Of a stretch of 64,000 nucleotides of DNA, positions 9,289 to 19,596 are shown one piece after another. Position 1 is the stretch's first letter. The number at the start of each line of letters is the position of its first letter. The position numbers and the translations under genes were made by a program. The DNA is from Patescibacteria group bacterium (lineage in GTDB: Bacteria; Patescibacteriota; Doudnabacteria; UBA920): NCBI GenBank assembly GCA_013387205.1, contig WARV01000008.1:64136-128135 (forward strand), given 5' to 3'. The notes beneath the pieces are model-generated. The model saw nothing but the letters and a program-made list of their open reading frames with translations, searched no databases and was not told the origin of the DNA.

Positions 9289-10290
9289 ATGAACACAAAG
9301 AAATTTAAAAACAACAAGCAAGACATGATTAAAGCGGCAAAAATAATTAAAGCCGGAGGGCTTGTTGCGTTCCCAACGGAAACGGTTTACGGGCTCGGTG
9401 CCAATGCCTTGGATAAAAAAGCGGTCGCTAAGATTTTTAAGGCGAAAAGGCGCCCAAAATGGGACCCGATTATTTCCCATGTGGATTCGCTTGAAATGAT
9501 AGAATCTTTGGTCGGGAATCTTCCTGAGGATTTTTGGATTGTTTATACAAATTTCATGCCGGGACCGATAACCGTTTTGCTCGAAAAATCCAAAATTGTA
9601 CCCGATATTTTGACAGCCGGGAGTGAAAAAGTCTCTATTAGGATGCCAAGCGATAAAATTGCCAGGCGGCTTATTAAATTAAGTGGCGTGCCGATTGCCG
9701 CACCTAGCGCAAACTTATTTGGCAAAACCAGTCCGACAGACGCTAAGCACGTATTGTCAGATTTATCAGGAAAAATTGATGCGATAATCGATGGCGGACA
9801 AACAAAAGTCGGCGTGGAATCGACCGTATTGGATTTAACTGGCAAGGTGCCTGTAATTTTAAGGCCGGGAGGCATTACGAAAGAAGAATTGGAAAAAGTT
9901 TTGGGTAAAGTAAAGATTGCCAGCAAATCGATCGTGAAACCCAAAACCAACATGGCTTCGCCGGGTATGCATTTTAGGCATTATGCTCCAAAAGCGAAAT
10001 TGATTTTAACCAAAGGTGACCCCGAAAGCCTTAAAAGGGAAATTTCACTTTATCAAAAACAAGGAAAGCGGGTAGGGGTCATGCTGCCTAAAAACTGGAA
10101 AATTAAAACAGGTGCTGCCGCAAACTATAATTGGGGAAATTGGGATAATTTAAGACAATTGGCGCAAAATGTTTATAGAGGCTTAAGGTTTCTTGATGAC
10201 CAGGGCGTAGATATTATCATTTGCCCAAAACCAGAAGCTGAAAGTTTGGGCTTTGCGATAAACGACAGGCTTGAAAGGGCTTCCAAGTGA
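9289..10290 (+). CDS. tsaC: L-threonylcarbamoyladenylate synthase (Sua5/TsaC; the YrdC domain plus a Sua5 C-domain)
   Basis: GGLVAFPTETVYGLGANA. At 333 aa it is the long Sua5 type. The start could alternatively be the internal Met at about 9325. Confidence 0.8.
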   Translation: MNTKKFKNNKQDMIKAAKIIKAGGLVAFPTETVYGLGANALDKKAVAKIFKAKRRPKWDPIISHVDSLEMIESLVGNLPEDFWIVYTNFMPGPITVLLEKSKIVPDILTAGSEKVSIRMPSDKIARRLIKLSGVPIAAPSANLFGKTSPTDAKHVLSDLSGKIDAIIDGGQTKVGVESTVLDLTGKVPVILRPGGITKEELEKVLGKVKIASKSIVKPKTNMASPGMHFRHYAPKAKLILTKGDPESLKREISLYQKQGKRVGVMLPKNWKIKTGAAANYNWGNWDNLRQLAQNVYRGLRFLDDQGVDIIICPKPEAESLGFAINDRLERASK

Positions 10291-10601
10291 AACAAAAATT
10301 TCGGCAAACCTTTCAGCCATGGCTGTATAAACGTTTCCTATACTGACATGGAATCTTTGTATAATTGGACGGATGAGGGTATGAGATTGGAAATACGCTA
10401 ATATGTGATACCAATTTACGAATACATGCTAATGATACTAATAAATACGAATATTATCTAAGGGTAATCTTCTATAAGTATTAGTATTATTGGTATCATT
10501 AGTATTCAAAATTAGTATATTAGTATCATATTTTGGGTATTGCCAATACCTTCAAATTTTACTATAATGGATAAGACTTATTAACTAACAATTAGGCATA
10601 A

Positions 10602-12122
10602 ATGAAACCGAAAATTAAGCTCCTCCTCTCATTTTTAGGCATTTTAGTGTTAGCCGCCTCAGCTGTATGGATAGCTTTACCGCAAGGCAGCAAAATCGAC
10701 TTAAATAAACTCAAAATAAAATATTCCCAAAGCTTTAGAATCCATTTAGGATTGGACCTTCAGGGCGGATCGCACTTGGTTTACCAGGCTGATTTTAAGG
10801 ATATTAAAGACAGCGATAAAGCTGACGCTCTAAACGCTATCCGTGATACGGTTGAGCGCAGGGTTAACAGCTTTGGAGTCAGCGAACCCCTGGTGCAAGT
10901 TACAGGGACTGACCGTATTATCGTTGAATTGCCTGGCATTAAGGACGTCAACGAAGCCATTAACCAAATAGGCCAGACTCCGTTTTTGGAATTCAGGACA
11001 CAGAACCCGAACCCGCCAGAACTTAAGCCTAATAACAAGGGCGAAGTTGTCATTGACCCGAATTCCCAATGGATTCCAACCGGCTTGTCCGGCAAACAGC
11101 TCAAGAAAGCCAGTGTGGATTTTCAGCAGGGAAAGGGACTTAACAACGAAATAGTGGTCAGGCTGGAATTTAACGACGAAGGAAAAAAATTATTCTCTGA
11201 TATCACGACAGCAAATGTGGGCAAGCAGGTTGCCATCTTTTTGGACGGACAAATTTTGAGCGCTCCGGTCGTGCAAAATCCGATTACTGACGGCACTGCG
11301 ATAATTACCGGAAACTTTACGACCCAGCAGGCCAAAGATTTGGCCACCAGACTCAACAGTGGAGCCCTTCCGGTTCCTATAAAGTTGATTTCGCAGCAGA
11401 ACGTTGGCGCCACGCTAGGAAAAGAATCTGTCCAGAAATCCATCATAGCGGGACTTATTGGTCTTATCATGATTGCCTTGTTCATGATTATGTATTACCG
11501 TTTCCCGGGTTTTTTGGCAGTTATCGCTTTGCTAATTTACGCCGTGGTTTCTTTGGCAGTATTTAAAATCGGCATTTCGTTTACCGCAGTTTTGCTTGTG
11601 GGATTTTTCTTCTTCCTTGGACTTACTGTGAATTTTTGGTTTGGCATTTTGGCGCTCTTGAGTTATATCTTATTGATGTTCCTGAAAGGATTATCTCCGG
11701 TTACTCTAACCTTGGCAGGCATCGCTGGTTTCATTTTGTCCATCGGTATGGCAGTTGACGCCAACATTCTTATTTTCGAGCGCGTAAAAGAAGAAATAAG
11801 GGCAGGCAAAGAAATCCACAAAGCCGTTGATGACGGTTTTGCCAGAGCCTGGCTGTCCATCCGTGATTCAAACGTTTCCAGCTTAATTACTACCGCCATC
11901 CTTTATATTTTCGGCAGCCCGTCCATTAAAGGTTTTGCAGTTACGCTGGGGATTGGTATTTTAATCTCCATGTTTACGGCCATAACCGTCACCAGGACTT
12001 TCCTGAGGCTGTTTGTTGGCAATAACATTATGACCCATCCGTGGCTGTTTGGAGTAAGCAAGTTAAAACCAGAAAAGAAAGATGCTCCGAATACGAATCA
12101 AGAACCTGTAACAACAATATAA
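10602..12122 (+). CDS. secD: Protein translocase subunit SecD
   Basis: LGLDLQGGSHLVY motif; 506 aa with C-terminal TM helices; followed by secF. Confidence 0.85.
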   Translation: MKPKIKLLLSFLGILVLAASAVWIALPQGSKIDLNKLKIKYSQSFRIHLGLDLQGGSHLVYQADFKDIKDSDKADALNAIRDTVERRVNSFGVSEPLVQVTGTDRIIVELPGIKDVNEAINQIGQTPFLEFRTQNPNPPELKPNNKGEVVIDPNSQWIPTGLSGKQLKKASVDFQQGKGLNNEIVVRLEFNDEGKKLFSDITTANVGKQVAIFLDGQILSAPVVQNPITDGTAIITGNFTTQQAKDLATRLNSGALPVPIKLISQQNVGATLGKESVQKSIIAGLIGLIMIALFMIMYYRFPGFLAVIALLIYAVVSLAVFKIGISFTAVLLVGFFFFLGLTVNFWFGILALLSYILLMFLKGLSPVTLTLAGIAGFILSIGMAVDANILIFERVKEEIRAGKEIHKAVDDGFARAWLSIRDSNVSSLITTAILYIFGSPSIKGFAVTLGIGILISMFTAITVTRTFLRLFVGNNIMTHPWLFGVSKLKPEKKDAPNTNQEPVTTI

Positions 12123-12264
12123 ATTAACCTAGTTATTCTAATTAACCTAGTTGACCTAAATAAATCCCAATAACCAAAGAAATCAAGTTTTGGCTTTAGA
12201 AATTAGGCATTAGACATTATTTAGAATAATTAGAACAATTAGGTCAATTAGAAATTTAAATACT
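12123..12264. repeat. Palindromic intergenic element, family R1 ('aattag / ctaatt' word repeats), copy 1
   Basis: Arms of the aattaacctagttattctaatt ... aattagaacaattaggtcaattag type. The same element is found at 24054 and 39296. Confidence 0.55.
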
Positions 12265-13158
12265 ATGTTCCAAACATTAAAATATTACAAACTATGGTTC
12301 GCGGTTTCCGGGATTATCTTGCTTTTCGGGATTGTTTCACTTTCAGTTTACGGCCTTAAGCTGGGGATAGATTTTAAAGGCGGTACGCTAGCGGAAATCC
12401 AATTCAGCAAGGCTTACGACATAAGCAAAGTCCGTGAATCGGTAAGCCAGTCGGGGATAGGGAACTTCCAGCTGCAAACTGCGGAAAACAACACCATAAT
12501 CATAAAAACCGAAGGATTGGACAAAGAAAAGCATGATTTGATGCTGAATAACATAAAAACCCAAGTAGGAGATTTTAAGGAGATCAGGCTTGATTCCATT
12601 GGTCCGATTGTCGGAAAGGAGCTGAAAAAGAATGCGGTATACCAGTTAGTTATAGTTTCGCTCGGGATTGTGATTTACATTGCGTATGCTTTCAGACGCG
12701 TAGCCAAACCGGTGACATCCTGGAGGTTCGGTTGGTCTGCTGTTATTGCTTTGCTGCATGACTTGCTGTTCGTATTGGGAATTTTTTCCATCCTCGGCCA
12801 TTTCAAAGGCGTTGAAGTGGACAGCTTGTTCGTTACTGCAATGCTCACGGTCTTGGGATTCTCAGTCCACGATACGATTGTGGTTTTTGACAGGATTAGG
12901 GAAAACTTAAAAGTTTACGCGGGTGAAAGCATTGAGTTCGTCGTCAACCATAGCATCAGCCAGACTATAGTCAGGTCTTTAAATACCAGCTTGACCGTGT
13001 TGTTCGTCCTTCTGGCCTTGTTACTGTTCGGCGGAGAAACGATTAGGTATTTTGTTTTTGCCTTATTCATCGGAATTATTGTTGGAACATACTCTTCGAT
13101 ATTCATTGCAAGTCCAGTTTTGGTTTTATGGCAAAATTGGAAAACAAAAAAAGCATAA
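12265..13158 (+). CDS. secF: Protein translocase subunit SecF
   Basis: GIDFKGGT motif; 6 TM helices. Confidence 0.85.
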   Translation: MFQTLKYYKLWFAVSGIILLFGIVSLSVYGLKLGIDFKGGTLAEIQFSKAYDISKVRESVSQSGIGNFQLQTAENNTIIIKTEGLDKEKHDLMLNNIKTQVGDFKEIRLDSIGPIVGKELKKNAVYQLVIVSLGIVIYIAYAFRRVAKPVTSWRFGWSAVIALLHDLLFVLGIFSILGHFKGVEVDSLFVTAMLTVLGFSVHDTIVVFDRIRENLKVYAGESIEFVVNHSISQTIVRSLNTSLTVLFVLLALLLFGGETIRYFVFALFIGIIVGTYSSIFIASPVLVLWQNWKTKKA

Positions 13159-13159
13159 T

Positions 13160-13192
13160 GTCAAAAACCCCCTAAAAAGGGGGTTTTTTAGT
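13160..13192 (+). terminator. Rho-independent terminator
   Basis: aaaaccccctaaaaagggggtttttt. Confidence 0.7.
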
Positions 13193-13196
13193 GTAT

Positions 13197-13225
13197 TTGA
13201 CAAGTATATTGGTTTATGATATACT
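13197..13225 (+). promoter_or_regulatory. Sigma-70-like promoter: TTGACA, 17-nt spacer, TATACT
   Basis: Consensus -35 at 13197-13202, exact 17-nt spacer, -10 at 13220-13225, about 95 nt upstream of the ATG at 13321. Confidence 0.5.
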
Positions 13226-13320
13226 AAGTGAAATTAACGAATTATTAATAATTTGTAACTGAAAGTTTCAGATAATAATTTTCTTCAGTTATCGATTATT
13301 AGTCATTAGTTTCAAATTTT

Positions 13321-14415
13321 ATGGGAATTCTTGATACAATTATCCATACTAAACAAAGCGAATCTCTTACGCAATTCAAGCCTGCTGAAATAGTCAGGGA
13401 AATTTTGGCTAGCTTAAAGGAACGCGACAAACAAATTTTAATGCATAGGTATGGCCTTGAAGGCAAAGAAACCAAAACCTTGGCCGCCATTGGAGCTGAA
13501 CAGAATTTAACCAGGGAACGCGTGCGCCAGATTGAAAAAGATTTGATGAAAAATTTGCGTAAGTCCAGCATAAAACTGGAACCTTTTTCCAAGACAAAAG
13601 AATTTTTGCTCAATATTTTTGCCGAACACGGCAGGATTATTGCCGAGGAAAACTTGCTGTTGTATTTGAATATCAAGGACGAAGAAGAGAAAAATGCGAT
13701 TGTATTTTTGCTGCATTTAATTGAAGAATTGGATAATTTTATCCATGATAACTACAAGAAAAGCTGGGTAACGGTTTTATTCAATGAAAATTTGCTGCAT
13801 ACTTTCACCGGTGAAAGCAAGCAGATTTTGTCTTCCAGTACCAAGCCGCTCCCTTCGGAAGAATTTTTGGCGCATTTCAAGCAGACTGATTTTTACCAGC
13901 AAAACCAGGCTGAATTGAGCGATAAAATCATTTTGAATTTTTTGGAACTGACTGTCCATATTGAAAAGAACGTTTACGGGCATTGGGGATTGTCTAACTG
14001 GAAAGAAATCAACCCGAAAGATGTCGGCGACAAAGCTTATCTGGTCATGAAATACCATGGCAAGCCGGAACACTATTCCGCAATCACCGAAATGATCAAC
14101 AAAGCCAAATTCGACAACAGAACTGCATTTAAAGAAACTGTCCATAACGAATTAATCAAAGATTCCCGTTTTATCCTTATCGGAAGGGGTATATACGCCC
14201 TGTCTGAATGGGGTTACAAGCCGGGCGTGGTCGCGGACGTGATCATTGAAATCTTAAAGCAAGCAGGGCAGCCTTTGACTCGCGACAAAATTATTGAAGA
14301 TGTCTTAAAGAGGCGCATGGTCAAGAAAAATACCATTTTAGTCGGCTTATCAAACAAGAAAATTTTTAAGAAAATCGGAAAGAACCTTTACGCCTTGCAA
14401 GACGGCGTGCAATAA
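13321..14415 (+). CDS. Sigma-70 region-4-like HTH domain protein (putative regulator)
   Basis: ILMHRYGLEGKETKTLAAIGAEQNLTRERVRQIEKDLMKNLRK resembles sigma-70 region 4; the rest is unassigned. Confidence 0.5.
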   Translation: MGILDTIIHTKQSESLTQFKPAEIVREILASLKERDKQILMHRYGLEGKETKTLAAIGAEQNLTRERVRQIEKDLMKNLRKSSIKLEPFSKTKEFLLNIFAEHGRIIAEENLLLYLNIKDEEEKNAIVFLLHLIEELDNFIHDNYKKSWVTVLFNENLLHTFTGESKQILSSSTKPLPSEEFLAHFKQTDFYQQNQAELSDKIILNFLELTVHIEKNVYGHWGLSNWKEINPKDVGDKAYLVMKYHGKPEHYSAITEMINKAKFDNRTAFKETVHNELIKDSRFILIGRGIYALSEWGYKPGVVADVIIEILKQAGQPLTRDKIIEDVLKRRMVKKNTILVGLSNKKIFKKIGKNLYALQDGVQ

Positions 14416-14506
14416 TTTTAAAACAGTCAAGAAGTAGTCTTGAAAAGCAGCTTTTCAGGCTAATTCTGAAGGCAAACCCCCTACTTGATACAAAAATATA
14501 AATTAC

Positions 14507-15823
14507 GTGTTTGAAGGAATTTTTCCTAATTTCATAACCATATTCCAAACATCCGCTCTTTTTTTCGCCAAGGGCGGATGGGTCTTTGTCGTTTGGATGA
14601 TAATCTATATCCTGTATAAGATGTACCGCAAGGAAATTGAGCACCAGTATGTCCACGGCATAGAATGGATTTTTTTCAATATAAAAGTTCCAAAAGATAA
14701 CCTGACCAGCACCCTGGCCGTAGAAAATATTTTTGCCCAGCTGCATTCTTTGCATTCAGGATTGACATTTGCGCAAATTTACGTAGAAGGCAGGGTGCAG
14801 TTGTGGTATAGTTTGGAACTTGTCAGCATGGGAGGAAAAATATCTTTCATAATCAGGCTGCCGAAACAGACTAAGGATTTGGTTCAAGCCTCTTTTTACG
14901 CGCAATACCCGAACGCGGAAATTACAGAGGTGGCCGATTATATGGAGAATATCCAGTTTGATCCGGATACTACGACGGATTTTGACATTTGGGGTACGGA
15001 ATGGAAGCTGGAAGAAAACTTTACTTTGCCTTTAAAGACTTACCGGGATTTTGAACATCCGGCATCCGAAGAAAAAATTATAGACCCGTTGCAGGCGCAC
15101 TTTGAATCTTTAAGCATAATGCAACCTCATGAATTTTATGGCGTGCAGATTATAATCCAGACAATAGCGGACAATGACTGGAAACCGGCTTCTGAACGTA
15201 AAGCTAAAGAGCTGACCGGCGAGGAAATCCCGCATCATAAGAGTTTCGTTGATATTTTGCTTACTCCTTTGGATTGGTTTGCCAGTTTGGGCCATGGCGG
15301 GCATGGGCACGACCATGGACACGATGAAAACAAGCCAAGGAATAACTGGATGAGCATGACTGACGTAGAAAAAGAGCGCGTAACTTTAGTGCAAAGGAAA
15401 ATGGGAAAACCGGGATATAAAACTAAAATCAGGCATTTATATATTGCGCCAAAAGACAAATTCGATCCCGCGAAAAAAGGTATCATTATCGGTTCTTATC
15501 GCTTTTTGGGATCTACCTTGACAAATAAGCTCAGGCCTGACGTTTCAAATACTTGGACCGGGGGCGAATATGTTTTTTCGCCAACTTTAGAAAAACCATA
15601 TTTGGATTATAAAATTAAGAAAAGAAAGCGATTTATTTTCAAAGGCTATAAAAACCGCGATATCCATTTGGGCCTGCCCATGTTCGTCTTAAATACTGAG
15701 GAGCTGGCCACGCTTTACCATTTCCCGATTACCAGCGAACTCAGGCAGATTTTGGCTTCTGTCGAAAAAACGGAAAGCAAAAAGACCCAGCCGCCTACCA
15801 ATTTGCCTATTTCTAATTTTTAA
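14507..15823 (+). CDS. Membrane protein (N-terminal TM helices) with an HGGHGHDHGHDE His-rich segment; putative partner of the downstream ATPase
   Basis: Hydrophobic N-terminus; His-rich insert; 67 nt upstream of the ATPase. Confidence 0.45.
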   Translation: MFEGIFPNFITIFQTSALFFAKGGWVFVVWMIIYILYKMYRKEIEHQYVHGIEWIFFNIKVPKDNLTSTLAVENIFAQLHSLHSGLTFAQIYVEGRVQLWYSLELVSMGGKISFIIRLPKQTKDLVQASFYAQYPNAEITEVADYMENIQFDPDTTTDFDIWGTEWKLEENFTLPLKTYRDFEHPASEEKIIDPLQAHFESLSIMQPHEFYGVQIIIQTIADNDWKPASERKAKELTGEEIPHHKSFVDILLTPLDWFASLGHGGHGHDHGHDENKPRNNWMSMTDVEKERVTLVQRKMGKPGYKTKIRHLYIAPKDKFDPAKKGIIIGSYRFLGSTLTNKLRPDVSNTWTGGEYVFSPTLEKPYLDYKIKKRKRFIFKGYKNRDIHLGLPMFVLNTEELATLYHFPITSELRQILASVEKTESKKTQPPTNLPISNF

Positions 15824-15890
15824 TTTTTTGATATTGTTGATGGACGCCTTTGGGGAATCCCCAAGAGGCGTCCATCAAAGGTAAAAATAT

Positions 15891-17918
15891 ATGAGCCAGA
15901 CAGGCAGAGAAGAAATTACCGTGTTTGCCAAAACCAACTTCCGCAATAAGGAGGTGCCTTTTGGCATTAAAACCGACGACCGCAGAAGGCATATGTATTT
16001 AATCGGTAAAACCGGCATGGGCAAAACGACCATGATGGAAAACATGGTCATCCAGGATATCCGCAACGGGCATGGCGTGGCATTTTTGGACCCTCACGGT
16101 GATTCGGTGCAGAGAATCCTAAATTGCGTCCCGAATAACAGGGTAAACGACGTGGTGTATTTCAATCCGGCCGACATGGAATACCCGCTGGCTTTCAATA
16201 TTTTAGAAGCGGTTGACGCCAAATATAAGCACTTGGTGGCTTCCGGCCTTATGGGCGTGTTTACGAAAATTTGGGCCAACTTATGGTCTGCCAGGATGGA
16301 ATATATCTTGAATAACACTATTTTGGCGCTGCTCGACAGTCCAGGCAATACTCTTCTTGGAATTACCAGGATGTACGTAGATAAAAAATACCGCAAAAAA
16401 ATCGTTGATAATATTAAAGACCCGATGGTCAGGGCATTTTGGACCGATGAATTCGCGAACTATAACGAAAAATACCGCACCGAAGCCATTGCGCCAATCC
16501 AAAACAAAGTCGGGCAGTTTTTGTCGTCCGCGATTATCCGCAATATTGTCGGCCAGCCGAAAAGCACTATTGACCTTAGGGAGATAATGGACAAGCAGAA
16601 AATTTTGATCATGGATTTGTCCAAAGGAAAAGTCGGTGAAGACAACTCTGCTTTGCTTGGCGCCATGGTGGTTACCAAATTGCAGCTGGCAGCCATGTCC
16701 CGCACGGACATTCCCGAGCACGAAAGAAAAGATTTCTATTTGTATGTGGACGAGTTCCAGAATTTCGCCACGGAAAGTTTTGCGACAATTTTGTCCGAAG
16801 CCCGCAAATACCGTTTAAACCTGGTTGTCGGGCACCAGTATATGGGCCAGCTTGTACACGAGCGCAATACTAAAGTTAAAGACGCAATTTTGGGCAACGT
16901 CGGCACGATGGTTGTTTATAGGATTGGCGCAGAAGATGCGGAAATCTTGGTCAAGGAATTTGAGCCGGTTTTTGAAGCGATAGATATGGTTAACCTGCCA
17001 AAGTATAATATAATTTTGAAATTGATGATCAATGGCGTGGCGAGCGAGCCTTTTTCAGCCATCACCTTGCCGCCAAGCCCGGATTTCGTGACTGGCAATT
17101 CGGAAAAAGTCATTAAAGTTTCAAGGGAAAGGTATACTAACCCTGTCCACGAAGTAGAAGATAAGATATCACGCTGGATGGGCGCTGAATTCCACCAGGA
17201 ATCCGCCATGCTCATTGGCGAAGCTGCTGAAGAATCTGTTAGCGCACCTAATCAAGAGCCGCAAGTAATAGCGGCTCCTATAAAGCCCGAAAATATCCAA
17301 AAAGCCGAAATTAATCCCGCGCCGGAACAAACAAGCCAGGAAATTGGCAATGTTATCCAGCCGCAGCCGGTAATTTTTGCCAATCCGATTGAAGTGGCGC
17401 CTAAACCTGTAGAAAATAAACAAGAAGCCGTGCAAAGTTCCGCAGCTCCATTAATAGTCCAACAACCGGAAAAAACCGTATCTGAAAATAATTTTCCGGA
17501 AAAAACCAACCCGGTTGTTGCTTACCAGGAAAACCATAATGCCCAACAGAGGGAAACGAGATCGCCGTTATTTAGAAGTGAAAATAGGACGCATAAACCG
17601 CACAAGCCCCATGCAAGCCATGGCCATTCAAGCCATTCTTCCCATTATAAGCCCCACCATAAAACCCCAAGCAACCACCATGTAAAAAAAGAAAACCCGA
17701 TTTGGGATACTGTCGCTAGCCTGCAAAAAGACAAAAGAGACCAGGATAAAAAGATGCTAGGGCGGATTTTTGACTCAAATGATTCCCATAAAACTGTCCA
17801 ATCAAACAGTCAGGCAGTAAACGAACAAGATAGGCAAAATGAGCAATCGCAAAAAAATAACGATAACAACACCGACGGAAAAAAGGTCTTAAATCCCGGC
17901 GAATCGCATAAGTTTTAA
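15891..17918 (+). CDS. VirD4/TraG/TrwB-like type IV coupling-protein ATPase (FtsK/HerA superfamily), soluble, with a low-complexity His/Pro-rich C-terminal tail
   Basis: Walker A LIGKTGMGKTT; FLDPHGD; Walker B YLYVDEFQNF; RLNLVVGHQYMGQL; tail HKPHKPHASHGHSSHSSHYKPHH. Confidence 0.6.
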   Translation: MSQTGREEITVFAKTNFRNKEVPFGIKTDDRRRHMYLIGKTGMGKTTMMENMVIQDIRNGHGVAFLDPHGDSVQRILNCVPNNRVNDVVYFNPADMEYPLAFNILEAVDAKYKHLVASGLMGVFTKIWANLWSARMEYILNNTILALLDSPGNTLLGITRMYVDKKYRKKIVDNIKDPMVRAFWTDEFANYNEKYRTEAIAPIQNKVGQFLSSAIIRNIVGQPKSTIDLREIMDKQKILIMDLSKGKVGEDNSALLGAMVVTKLQLAAMSRTDIPEHERKDFYLYVDEFQNFATESFATILSEARKYRLNLVVGHQYMGQLVHERNTKVKDAILGNVGTMVVYRIGAEDAEILVKEFEPVFEAIDMVNLPKYNIILKLMINGVASEPFSAITLPPSPDFVTGNSEKVIKVSRERYTNPVHEVEDKISRWMGAEFHQESAMLIGEAAEESVSAPNQEPQVIAAPIKPENIQKAEINPAPEQTSQEIGNVIQPQPVIFANPIEVAPKPVENKQEAVQSSAAPLIVQQPEKTVSENNFPEKTNPVVAYQENHNAQQRETRSPLFRSENRTHKPHKPHASHGHSSHSSHYKPHHKTPSNHHVKKENPIWDTVASLQKDKRDQDKKMLGRIFDSNDSHKTVQSNSQAVNEQDRQNEQSQKNNDNNTDGKKVLNPGESHKF

Positions 17919-17933
17919 ATTACAAGGAAAATT

Positions 17934-17962
17934 AAATGGCTCAACCATCGGTTGAGCCATTT
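17934..17962. terminator. Bidirectional terminator hairpin between convergent genes
   Basis: aatggctcaacc-atcg-gttgagccattt. Confidence 0.55.
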
Positions 17963-17974
17963 AAGATACCTGAT

Positions 17975-18295
17975 TTAGAGATATTTTTTAATTTCAGCTT
18001 CTACTGTGGATTTCGGCGCTGCGCCAATGAGCTCGCCAACCATTTTCCCGTCTTTAAAGAATTTCAGTGTCGGGATGCTCATAATGTTGAACCTTGAAGC
18101 GAGCATGTTGTTTTCATCCACGTTGACTTTCCCGACTTTTAATTTTCCTTCATACTCGGTTGCAAGCTCGTCCACAATCGGCCCTAAAACCTTGCAAGGT
18201 CCGCACCAGACTGCCCAAAAATCCACCATCACCGGAAGAGGGGAATTTAATACTTCAGACTCAAAATTTTGTTCTGTTATTGTTATTTCAGACAT
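17975..18295 (-). CDS. trxA: Thioredoxin
   Basis: WAVWCGPCK active site. Trimmed to MSEITITEQ (106 aa) with a GGAG ribosome-binding site upstream. Confidence 0.85.
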   Translation of the reverse strand: MSEITITEQNFESEVLNSPLPVMVDFWAVWCGPCKVLGPIVDELATEYEGKLKVGKVNVDENNMLASRFNIMSIPTLKFFKDGKMVGELIGAAPKSTVEAEIKKYL

Positions 18296-18540
18296 TTGTT
18301 TACTCCGATCCGAATACACCCTATTTCCGAACTCTTTTTTTAGTTCATTCGGATAATTCGGCCTTGCCCGCCATGGCTTTAGCGACGGCGGGATGTATTC
18401 GGAGATTAGAATCGCTACTAACCATTTTATCCACAATAAATAGCTTTGTCAATGTGATTAATTGCGATATAATTTTAATAGAATTTCCGTAATAAAAATG
18501 TAAATAAAACCTCAATTAAAAAACGAAAATCAACAGGGGA

Positions 18541-19524
18541 TTGATGGCTAAAATTAAAATATCAAAGAAAAATTGGTGGTGGATTTTAATACCGGCTCTG
18601 GCTTTACAGGCTCAAATTATCGGCTTGTTGTTTTTTGGGCCAGCCACAAGCTTGCAGACCCAAACCAGTGCGAAAAGAGCCGCATCTATCCCGCTCACTC
18701 CTTCCGTTTTAGGTGCGTCAACCATGATAAGGGGTGGCCAAGCCCAGGACAGCCAGCCGGAATACAAAAAAATAAAAGAACTTGATTTTAATGATATCGG
18801 CGCAAAAAGCGTTTTGGCTTTTGATATGGATTCCGGATATGTTTTAGGCGAAAAAAATCCTGACATGAAGATGCCGATAGCCAGTTTAACCAAGCTCATG
18901 ACCGGGCTTGTTTCTTACGAGACTTTGGATTTTGGCGCTTTGGCGGAAATTCCGGACAAAACGCTTATTAATATTGCCCCAGTACTTCATTTACAGGCAA
19001 GTGATAAGGTGTTAATTTGGGATTTGTTTAATTCCATGATAATCGGGTCGAATAATGACTCGGCTCAGGTACTGTCCATACTGGCAAAACAGGCAACGGG
19101 AAAAGATTTTATCGATTTAATGAATGAAAAAGCCGCGTTTTTAAACATGGAAAATACCAAATTCAGCAATCCGCTTGGTTTTGATAGCGGCTTAAATTAT
19201 TCCACGGCCAATGATTTGAAAATTTTAGTTTTGCAAACCCAAAAACTGGCAGCATTTGCGAATTTAGGGAAAAAAACAGATTACAGTTTTTCTTCGCAAT
19301 CCGGCAGAATTTATAAAACCTCGGCAACAAATAAGCTAATTACGAGATATCCGGAAATCGAAGCTGTTAAAACCGGTTTTACGGAAACAGCCCAGGGAGC
19401 AATGATAAGCAAACTCAACATAAACGGGCATAAGATTATTTTAGAAATTTTAGGAAGCCCTAACCGTGAAAAAGATACTTTGGAGCTGGAAAGGCAGATT
19501 ATTGAAAGTTTCGGGTTAAGATGA
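18541..19524 (+). CDS. D-alanyl-D-alanine carboxypeptidase (S11, PBP5-like)
   Basis: Signal/TM N-terminus; SLTKLMT (SxxK); SNND (SxN). Confidence 0.7.
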   Translation: MMAKIKISKKNWWWILIPALALQAQIIGLLFFGPATSLQTQTSAKRAASIPLTPSVLGASTMIRGGQAQDSQPEYKKIKELDFNDIGAKSVLAFDMDSGYVLGEKNPDMKMPIASLTKLMTGLVSYETLDFGALAEIPDKTLINIAPVLHLQASDKVLIWDLFNSMIIGSNNDSAQVLSILAKQATGKDFIDLMNEKAAFLNMENTKFSNPLGFDSGLNYSTANDLKILVLQTQKLAAFANLGKKTDYSFSSQSGRIYKTSATNKLITRYPEIEAVKTGFTETAQGAMISKLNINGHKIILEILGSPNREKDTLELERQIIESFGLR

Positions 19525-19563
19525 CATCTAAAATCTTACCCGCATTTGTCCTAATAACAGCAA

Positions 19564-19572
19564 AATGGTATA
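19564..19572 (+). promoter_or_regulatory. Extended -10 element TGGTATAAT
   Basis: aaaatggtataattaag, upstream of the MITE-like element and mraY. Confidence 0.3.
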
Positions 19573-19596
19573 ATTAAGTAAATTATTTAGAGCTGG

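Noticed and set aside
17975-18436. 153-aa version of thioredoxin
   Set aside because: The N-terminal 47 residues are non-homologous. A GGAG ribosome-binding site precedes the MSEITI start, which gives the canonical 106 aa.
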